Below, in pieces: positions 57,667 through 64,000 of a stretch of DNA of 64,000 bases; the stretch's first letter is position 1, and each line of letters opens with the position of its first letter. A model generated the notes under the pieces. The model was not told the DNA's origin. It ran no database searches and worked only from the letters and a program-made list of their open reading frames with translations. Source of the stretch: Abditibacterium sp. GTDB lineage: Bacteria; Armatimonadota; Abditibacteriia; Abditibacteriales; Abditibacteriaceae. A program made the position numbers and the translations under genes. The stretch lies in NCBI GenBank assembly GCA_965199495.1, contig CBDASK010000003.1:2656001-2720000 (forward strand), given 5' to 3'.

Positions 57667-58593
57667 TCAAGGTGTCGGAACTTTTGTGACGGTTTGTGTC
57701 GCGTCTTCCGGCTGCAATTTGATCACGCGGCGGCGCTCCTGCCAGACCCACTGCACGCGGATTCGCGCGCTGAGCGCCGTGCCAGTTAGCTGCTTTTCGA
57801 TGTCGGAATCGGGCGCTTTGAGGTCGTCGCGCCACGGCGCGCTATAACGTTCGAGCGCGCCGCTATCGTCGCGAATTTCGAGCCAATGCGCACCGTTGTC
57901 CTCGACGCCCTTGGCCATGACAGTTCCCACGATTTCGCCGCGCGCCGCGAAATTGGGATTGGGCATCGGCCCGTAAATCAGCGTATTTTCCGGCGTCTCG
58001 TCGGGTGGGGTTGGCGCGAGCGTTTTGGGCAGGGCGAGCGCGCCCGTCGGCAATTTTGAGGCGCCATCGCCCAAAACGCCCATCAGCCACAGCGTCGCTT
58101 CGAGTTTGGGATCGAGCGAATAACCCACGCGCGCGTCCAAACGCCGTTGCTGGGTTTCGCGGTTGGTCTTGTCGGTTTCGACCGCCGCGCGATAATCGCT
58201 GAGCAAATCGCGCATCCGTTCGGGTGGCACGTCGCGCCGCAAACCGTTCATCAAACTTTTTTCGGCGTCGCGCAACGTGGCGCGTGCCATCTCGTCGGCG
58301 GTCAGATATTCGAGAATCGCGTCCTGCGTGTTGGCGTCCGCGATGCCCAGATTTTTCATCAAAGCCCGCAGTTTGTCCTCGGTCTGCTGGCGCCTTTCAT
58401 CGGGCGAAAGCGTTTTTTTCGCCACGCTTGCGCCCGCCGTGGCTGTGGCCGTAGCTGTGGCGCCCTGTGCGGTTTCGCCCGGCCCGACGGGCACCGGAAC
58501 CGGCGAAGCGTTTTGAGCGCGCGCGAGGGGCGCCAAAAAGCACAAGATTAAACCCACGCTCCACAGGGCGCGGCGCGGCAAAGTCAAACGCAT
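57667..58593 (-). CDS. Exported helical protein with an extra C-terminal beta (OB-like) domain
   Basis: Signal peptide (ARA-Q); LGIAD...LLSDY...PKLEATLWLMGVLGDG. Confidence 0.75.
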   Translation of the reverse strand: MRLTLPRRALWSVGLILCFLAPLARAQNASPVPVPVGPGETAQGATATATATAGASVAKKTLSPDERRQQTEDKLRALMKNLGIADANTQDAILEYLTADEMARATLRDAEKSLMNGLRRDVPPERMRDLLSDYRAAVETDKTNRETQQRRLDARVGYSLDPKLEATLWLMGVLGDGASKLPTGALALPKTLAPTPPDETPENTLIYGPMPNPNFAARGEIVGTVMAKGVEDNGAHWLEIRDDSGALERYSAPWRDDLKAPDSDIEKQLTGTALSARIRVQWVWQERRRVIKLQPEDATQTVTKVPTP

Positions 58594-58647
58594 CAAAATC
58601 AACGGTGCCTTAGGACAATGCGCAGTGCGCGCGGTTGCTTTTTATCG

Positions 58648-58863
58648 GATGCCAGATTTCGGATAATCGGATTGGGGCGCGATGTCATTTCGAGTGAGGC
58701 ACGAACCGAGAAATCTTCCGCCCACGCGGCAGCGCAGGTTAAAGCCATTCTTACGTTCAGGCTCTCGCATGATTTCCGCTGGCGCGGGGCCAACAGATTT
58801 CTCGGTTCGTGCCTCACTCGAAATGACATCGCGCCCCAATCCGATTATCCGAAATCTGGTATC
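58648..58863. repeat. Family D element, copy 3, with its own outer arms
   Basis: About 69-bp arms GATGCCAGATTTCGGATAATCGGATTGGGGCGCGATGTCATTTCGAG... and their inverse. Confidence 0.95.
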
Positions 58864-58887
58864 TGACATCCGCCATATCCGATAAAA

Positions 58888-59844
58888 TTGAATGCGGTGT
58901 CGGTTTCTCAACTTTCTTCTTTTTCTGTTTCGGTGCGCGTGCCCGCGACTTCGGCCAATCTCGGCCCCGGCTTCGACGCGCTGGGTTTAGCTCTCGATTT
59001 ATTTAATACGCTTGCGCTTTCGGCTTCGGCTCACGATGGGCTGTGCGCGACGGGCGAGGGCGCCGCCGAACTCGCCAATTATTCGACGACCATCGCGCAC
59101 GATGGCGCGCATCGCGTTTTGCGCGCATTGGGTTGTGACGTTCCCGGCGTGCATTTGCAAATGCACAATAACATTCCGCTCGCGCGCGGATTGGGTTCGT
59201 CATCGGCGGCGATTGTCGGCGGCATGATGGCGGCCAACGCGTGGGCGCAGGCGGCGCACGGAAAATGTTTGTCGCTGCGCCAACTGCTCGAAATGGCGAC
59301 CCAAATCGAGGGCCATCCCGATAACGTGGCGCCCGCTTTGATGGGCGGTTTGGTCGCGGCGGCGTGCGAGCAAACCGCCGATGCGCTCGCCGTGGCTGCT
59401 GTGCGCGTGCCGGTCAAAGCGTGGCCGCAGTTCGCCGTTTGGATTCCCGATGCCGAACTTTCGACCAACAAAGCGCGCGGCGTTTTGCCCGATAGCGTCA
59501 GCCGCGCCGACGCGATTTATAATTTGTCGCGCTCGGCGCTCCTAATCGCTGCTCTAACAACCGGTGATTTCGACGCGCTGCGCGAGGCGCTCAAAGATAA
59601 ATTGCATCAGAGCCAGCGCGCGCCGCTCGTGCCGGGCTTCGACGCGATTGTCGGCGCTGCGACACAAGCGGGCGCCATCGGCGCGACATTATCGGGCGCT
59701 GGCCCAACGATTTTGGCGTGGATTGCGCCCGACGCCGATGCGGGCAAAGTGCGACGCGCAATGGAAGTGGCGGCGCGCAATTCGGGTGTCGCGGGCCGCG
59801 CGTTGTTGCTCAAAGTGAGCGAAATGGGCGCGACGGCGATTTAA
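58888..59844 (+). CDS. thrB: Homoserine kinase
   Basis: VPATSANLGPGFD, IPLARGLGSSSAA, EGHPDN and LSGAGPT motifs. Confidence 0.96.
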   Translation: MNAVSVSQLSSFSVSVRVPATSANLGPGFDALGLALDLFNTLALSASAHDGLCATGEGAAELANYSTTIAHDGAHRVLRALGCDVPGVHLQMHNNIPLARGLGSSSAAIVGGMMAANAWAQAAHGKCLSLRQLLEMATQIEGHPDNVAPALMGGLVAAACEQTADALAVAAVRVPVKAWPQFAVWIPDAELSTNKARGVLPDSVSRADAIYNLSRSALLIAALTTGDFDALREALKDKLHQSQRAPLVPGFDAIVGAATQAGAIGATLSGAGPTILAWIAPDADAGKVRRAMEVAARNSGVAGRALLLKVSEMGATAI

Positions 59845-60290
59845 GATTCGTTTTCGTCGCGTTCGTAATCGTTGGTTAAGCCGAAAAAGTAAGGCAAACG
59901 CGCTTGGCTTACACGCCCACGGCGCCATCCAGACACAAACAACGGGAAAGCGAAAATCAACACGAAAAAAGCGCCACATCCTAATGCCGCGACCGGCAAA
60001 AAGAAGACGATTGACAAAACAATTGACCAATTGTAATGTTGCTCGATTGGCTCGACTTTATGCCAGCAAAACGCGCAAATGAAAGCCATCGCAAAGCCGA
60101 CGCAAAAGAACGCTACCATCCACAGTAGGCCAAATCCAGTGACGTATAGCAGCATCGAAAATGTTGGCGGACTGAGATAATTAATCGCGACGTTCGTCAG
60201 CCAAATTCCAAACGCGATGGCTGCCCAGCCGACCAAAAGCGCGGCCAACGCACCCGCCCAGATTCGGCCCCAGCGTTTCCATTTACTCAT
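59841..60290 (-). CDS. Tandem-array membrane protein 5 (NDxERxE tail)
   Basis: RIWAGALAA; FICAFCWHKV; C-terminus FGLTNDYERDENES. Confidence 0.8.
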   Translation of the reverse strand: MSKWKRWGRIWAGALAALLVGWAAIAFGIWLTNVAINYLSPPTFSMLLYVTGFGLLWMVAFFCVGFAMAFICAFCWHKVEPIEQHYNWSIVLSIVFFLPVAALGCGAFFVLIFAFPLFVSGWRRGRVSQARLPYFFGLTNDYERDENES

Positions 60291-60786
60291 TGCGCAACCC
60301 CGCGAAATCGCGCCGCCGACGAAGCGTCTGGCGCTGCAATTCGCGATGAATACCGCTCATAAACGGAGCGCAAACACAAATATTTAGAAACGTATAACCC
60401 AGAATTGCGGCGGTCATTCCACTGCCCAATTCGCTCGGCGGCAACCACAATCCGATGAGAATTAACGGCGCGAAAAGCAAAAGCGCGCTCGCGATTATCC
60501 ATCGCCGTCTTTGTCCGTTATCTCGAATCGCGCCGCGCCAAAAAGACGCGCACAAAACTCCGGCGTAAAAGAACAGCGACAGCGCCGCGCCGATGAGAAA
60601 AATCATCCAAATTCCGTCAACCCACGGTTTGGCAAAATGGTCGTAATTTCCAGTTATGCCCGGAATTAACGCGTCAATGCCCAATCGCGTAAGGGCCAGC
60701 AACGCTAACCCCAGCCACGTCGCGGCGGACGCGCACAATGTTCCCAATGCGAACGTTTTGATGTCGGATAAAAATTGAAATTTCAT
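60283..60786 (-). CDS. Tandem-array membrane protein 4 (most divergent, tail truncated)
   Basis: ATGA overlap with the upstream stop; ALGTLCASAATWLGL; AGVLCASFW; ends RRRDFAGLRNE. Confidence 0.75.
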   Translation of the reverse strand: MKFQFLSDIKTFALGTLCASAATWLGLALLALTRLGIDALIPGITGNYDHFAKPWVDGIWMIFLIGAALSLFFYAGVLCASFWRGAIRDNGQRRRWIIASALLLFAPLILIGLWLPPSELGSGMTAAILGYTFLNICVCAPFMSGIHRELQRQTLRRRRDFAGLRNE

Positions 60787-61262
60787 CGCTGGTTTTCCTC
60801 GCGCTCCCAGTCGTTGGCGAAATCGAATAAGTGGCGCCAGCCGCGATTGGGCCACCATTTGACGCCGAAATCGAGGGCTTTGTAGAACGTGACTAAACTT
60901 GGCAAAAACACCAGCAAACCCAATCCATAAACCAATATCGCGGGCGCCAGAGCCAACAGATAGACCCAGAACCCCCAGCGTTCGTAATTGGAAACTGTCG
61001 CAACGGGATGCCAGAAAAACGCGCAAATCAGGCCCGCCGCGCAACTGAGAACCGCGAAGCTAACAACGACAATCAGCAAGCCTCCAACGATGAGCAACGG
61101 CACAAACAACCAAGGCGAATCGAGAATCGGTGACCGCGCCAGCGCATCGCTTCCCCACAGAGCAAACACCAGCACATAGAAAAACAACGCCAATCCCAGC
61201 CAACTCGCCAATATCGCGCAGACGGCACCCGCAAGCATGCGGCTCCAGTAACGCAGTTTCAT
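60783..61262 (-). CDS. Tandem-array membrane protein 3
   Basis: ATGA overlap; AGLICAFFWHPV; ends WRHLFDFANDWEREENQR. Confidence 0.8.
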   Translation of the reverse strand: MKLRYWSRMLAGAVCAILASWLGLALFFYVLVFALWGSDALARSPILDSPWLFVPLLIVGGLLIVVVSFAVLSCAAGLICAFFWHPVATVSNYERWGFWVYLLALAPAILVYGLGLLVFLPSLVTFYKALDFGVKWWPNRGWRHLFDFANDWEREENQR

Positions 61263-61711
61263 CGTTGATTTTCCTCGCGCTCCCAATCGTTGGCAAAATC
61301 GAACAGATGGCGCCAGCGACGATTTTCCCAGATTTCTTCACCCCAATCGCGACCGTAATCAAACGGCAATATCGCCAATAAAAACGCCGGAATTAAAATG
61401 GGAATTATCCAAAATCCCAGCACTAACAAGGGCGAGAGAATGATCAAAACCACGAATTCGCTCCAACGTTCGTCCGGGTTGCAATCGGCGATGGCGACCC
61501 AGAAATAGGTGGCGAAAACTCCGGCGCCAAACAAAATTGCGACGAGCGACAATAATCCCAGTGGCGCGGCGACCAAAATCCCCCAATCGAAGTTGCGCTG
61601 CAACGCCAACCCCAAAAAACCGCACAGCGCGACAGCCAGCCACGTCCAAAGCGCCGCGCACAACGCGCCCGCCCAAAAGCGAGCCGTTCGTGTCAATTGG
61701 CCGTGTTTCAT
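61259..61711 (-). CDS. Tandem-array membrane protein 2
   Basis: RFWAGALCAA; ends WRHLFDFANDWEREENQR. Confidence 0.8.
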   Translation of the reverse strand: MKHGQLTRTARFWAGALCAALWTWLAVALCGFLGLALQRNFDWGILVAAPLGLLSLVAILFGAGVFATYFWVAIADCNPDERWSEFVVLIILSPLLVLGFWIIPILIPAFLLAILPFDYGRDWGEEIWENRRWRHLFDFANDWEREENQR

Positions 61712-61718
61712 AAATTTA

Positions 61719-62180
61719 TCACCGTTCTTCGGGTTCGCGCTCCCAATCGTTGGCCAACCCCACGAAATTGCGCCAGCGACCTTCGCGCCAATAGCGAAAT
61801 CCGACGTTGATTCCTCGATGAAATGGCACCAACGCGCAGGGAAAAGCCACGATTACAGGCACAACAAAAGAAGAAAGTGGCGTTACTACCCTAAGCAGAA
61901 AGGGGGCGAAAAATAGCAGGACAACGATGGCGCCCCATTGTTCGCAGGTCACGCGCTTGGCGACGGGATGCCAGAGCAACGAGCAAATCAATCCTGCCAC
62001 GAAGCCACCGGCTGGAATCTGCGCGAATTGTAGCAACGTTAATGGTAGGGTCAACGCCCCAAGACTTGGATCAATAAAAGTCCGTTCTCGAATGAGTTCC
62101 AGCGCTACGAGAGAGACCCACCAGATGAGGAGCGCGCTTAAAGTGCCCCACCAAAAGCGGCAGTGAAGTTTCCAATTCAT
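61719..62180 (-). CDS. Tandem-array membrane protein 1
   Basis: ATG at 62180; RFWWGTLSA; AGLICSLLWHPV; ends WRNFVGLANDWEREPEER. Confidence 0.8.
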   Translation of the reverse strand: MNWKLHCRFWWGTLSALLIWWVSLVALELIRERTFIDPSLGALTLPLTLLQFAQIPAGGFVAGLICSLLWHPVAKRVTCEQWGAIVVLLFFAPFLLRVVTPLSSFVVPVIVAFPCALVPFHRGINVGFRYWREGRWRNFVGLANDWEREPEER

Positions 62181-62191
62181 GCGCGAAAAAC

Positions 62192-62228
62192 AAAAACGCG
62201 CGCTCGAACTTTCCGAGCGCGCGTTTTT
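62192..62228 (-). terminator. Rho-independent terminator after ridA
   Basis: AAAAACGCGCGCTCG-loop-CGAGCGCGCGTTTTT. Confidence 0.85.
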
Positions 62229-62233
62229 CAAAT

Positions 62234-62659
62234 TTAATACAGTTCCGGTTCGTAACTGCTGTGCGTGATGACGGCAATCGCTTCCATTTCGATTTGCGCG
62301 TCGCGCGGCAAGCGAGCGACTTGCACAGTTGAGCGCGCGGGCAGCAGGTTAGTCGAGGTTTCGGTGTTGGGAAAAAACAGTTTATAAACCGCGTTCATGG
62401 CGTCGAAATCGTCCAAGTCCGTCATGAAAATGGTGACTTTCACGATGTCGTCGAGCGTGGCTTCGCCCTCTTCCAAGACGGCGCGCAGGTTGAGCAAAAC
62501 CTGTTCGGTCTGCTCGCGGATGCCGCCCGCCACCATTTCGTTGGTTTTGGGATTGACGGGCAGTTGTCCCGACGCGAAGATCATGTCGTTGACTTTGATG
62601 CCCTGTGCGTATGGCCCCAGCGCGGCGGGCGCGTCGGCGGTTGCGATGATTTCTTTCAT
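62234..62659 (-). CDS. ridA: RidA/YjgF/UK114 reactive-intermediate deaminase
   Basis: APAALGPYAQG, SGQLP, MNAVY and PARSTVQVARLP motifs. Confidence 0.92.
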   Translation of the reverse strand: MKEIIATADAPAALGPYAQGIKVNDMIFASGQLPVNPKTNEMVAGGIREQTEQVLLNLRAVLEEGEATLDDIVKVTIFMTDLDDFDAMNAVYKLFFPNTETSTNLLPARSTVQVARLPRDAQIEMEAIAVITHSSYEPELY

Positions 62660-62707
62660 ATCAATGTGGAGTTTAGCTGCGATGGTTGCGCAGTGATTTC
62701 ACGAAAT

Positions 62708-63487
62708 TTAAACGGGAATAACTGCGGCTTTAGAGTTTTGGAGCCACTTTTCGGCCAACGCCAAATCTTCGGGTTTGTCCACGTCAAAGGCAATCGTCGC
62801 ATCGGGCACTTCGACACGCCCGGCGTGGCAACCGAGCAGACGCGAAACTTTGGCTTCGGCCTCGCCCACGCTCAGACGATGCAACAGCGCCTTGACGATA
62901 AAACTCAATCCCAAAAGTTTCGCCAATGCCAGCGGTTTTTTCCGTGCGGCGAACGCGGTTTCGATCAGGTTTTCCAGTTCCGGCAGTTGGGCGCGCGGCA
63001 CCAAAAACGCGTTGCCGCCGCTAAACGCGCCGTCGCTAAAACGTGCATAAGTCCGCGTCGCGCCGGGAAACTGCGCTTCCATTTTGTCTTCGCGCACCAC
63101 GGCATAAGCTGCTTCCAAACGATTCACGCTGGCGCCGTCCAAAAATTGCATCCAAGTGCGCCCGGTGGCGAGCGGCCCATCGCCAGTCACGATGAGAATT
63201 TGATCGGACTTGGCCTCGCGCGCGCCATTGAGCAAATTCAGGCTTAATTTATCGCCCGACGGCAAACCGGTGACGACGACTTCGCCAATTACAGCGGGCA
63301 AGGTTTTGAGCGCTTCGGGCGTCGTCACGCAGATGATGCGCGTGATTGGCGTCACGGTCGCCAGCGAGTGCAAAACGTGCAACAAAATCGGTTGCCCGCC
63401 CACGGGAATGAGCGCACGCTCACTCGCCGACGTGGCTCCTTGTAACGCGGCGGGGATTGCGCCCCCGGCCAAAATAACGGCTTCCAT
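62708..63487 (-). CDS. MobA-like nucleotidyltransferase family protein
   Basis: AVILAGG, LIVTGDGPL and FDVDKPEDL motifs. Confidence 0.82.
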   Translation of the reverse strand: MEAVILAGGAIPAALQGATSASERALIPVGGQPILLHVLHSLATVTPITRIICVTTPEALKTLPAVIGEVVVTGLPSGDKLSLNLLNGAREAKSDQILIVTGDGPLATGRTWMQFLDGASVNRLEAAYAVVREDKMEAQFPGATRTYARFSDGAFSGGNAFLVPRAQLPELENLIETAFAARKKPLALAKLLGLSFIVKALLHRLSVGEAEAKVSRLLGCHAGRVEVPDATIAFDVDKPEDLALAEKWLQNSKAAVIPV

Positions 63488-63556
63488 AATTCGCTTTTAA
63501 TTTTACCCGGTCAGCAAATCGGTTCGCCTAAACTTTCCTGTATACAGATGTAAAAG

Positions 63557-63633
63557 TGCGGGGCTGATGCCTCCTTCCAATCGGTATGATCTCGAAGAAA
63601 GTCCGCCGATTGGAAGGAGGCGTCAGCCCCGCA
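63557..63633. repeat. Family A palindrome, copy 4
   Basis: 28-bp arms 63557-63584 and 63606-63633 with one mismatch. Confidence 0.9.
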
Positions 63634-63680
63634 TTCACAGAGGAACGTTCTTTTTAGCAAACCTGACTAAACTTTGCATC

Positions 63681-64000
63681 ATGCAACTCCAAACGCGCGC
63701 GCAATGGCAAGCCGCCCTTAACAGCCACGCCGCCCGACTCGCGCCGTTTGTCGAGGCGCATCGGGCGCGCCGCAGTCGCGGGCACAAACACGCGGTCTGG
63801 GATTTTTTGTGGGAATACTACAATTTCAAACCCGCGCAATTGCTGCAATGGTCGCCGGGATTAGACGTCGAATTAGAAGATGGTGCAACGGAATTTGCTG
63901 GCAAATTTTGGAGATCAACCGAGAACGGCGCCGCGTTGGATATTTCCCAATTTCCAATTCATCGTCTCGAAGGCGCTCGCGAAATCTTGAACCTGCTCGA
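63681..64000 (+). CDS. Conserved hypothetical protein, 3'-truncated; resembles the family often annotated as 3-methyladenine DNA glycosylase
   Basis: Translated by hand: MQLQTRAQWQAAL...HRARRSRGHKHAVWDFLWEYYNFKPAQLLQWSPG..., open to the window end. Confidence 0.65.
   Translation, partial: MQLQTRAQWQAALNSHAARLAPFVEAHRARRSRGHKHAVWDFLWEYYNFKPAQLLQWSPGLDVELEDGATEFAGKFWRSTENGAALDISQFPIHRLEGAREILNLL

Noticed and set aside
57641..57835. Extended 250-aa version of the 57083 ORF and 253-aa version of the 60283 ORF
   Set aside because: The extensions overlap the upstream genes in another frame; the signal peptide or ATGA coupling marks the true starts at 57640 and 60786.
59841..61790. Recurring ~50-bp sequence at ~450-500-bp intervals considered as a CRISPR array or attC-like cassette sites
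   Set aside because: The repeats are coding C-termini of paralogous ORFs, are degenerate and non-palindromic, and no cas or integrase gene is present.

Overview
64 kb of chromosome from a moderately GC-rich diderm bacterium (it encodes an LPS heptosyltransferase and a secretin). The gene repertoire suggests an Armatimonadota/Abditibacteriota-like organism, but that is an impression and is not shown by the sequence. Housekeeping genes are rsmB, fmt, def, recQ, rpsO, pnp, lpdA, a tatA/B homolog, moeA, hisG, thrB and ridA. Other loci are an LPS glycosyltransferase cluster, a small LacI-linked carbohydrate esterase/hydrolase locus, a type IV pilus pilMNOP-secretin operon and a two-component system. 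I found no tRNA, rRNA, CRISPR array, integrase or transposase. Most notable: (1) an AT-richer three-gene cassette next to rpsO (TIGR04255-like protein, WDG-motif protein, ADP-ribosyltransferase-like protein) that resembles an undescribed toxin-antitoxin-chaperone or defence system; (2) five tandem paralogous membrane proteins with a conserved C-terminal NDWEREE tail, mostly translationally coupled; (3) a pilus operon in which every subunit carries low-complexity or FG-rich extensions, plus a secretin-like protein without a barrel; (4) a strongly divergent sigma-54 with an altered RpoN box; (5) at least seven families of intergenic palindromes whose arms are homogenised within each copy and carry locus-specific inverted extensions. 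All family calls rest on motif recognition by eye; no database search was run.
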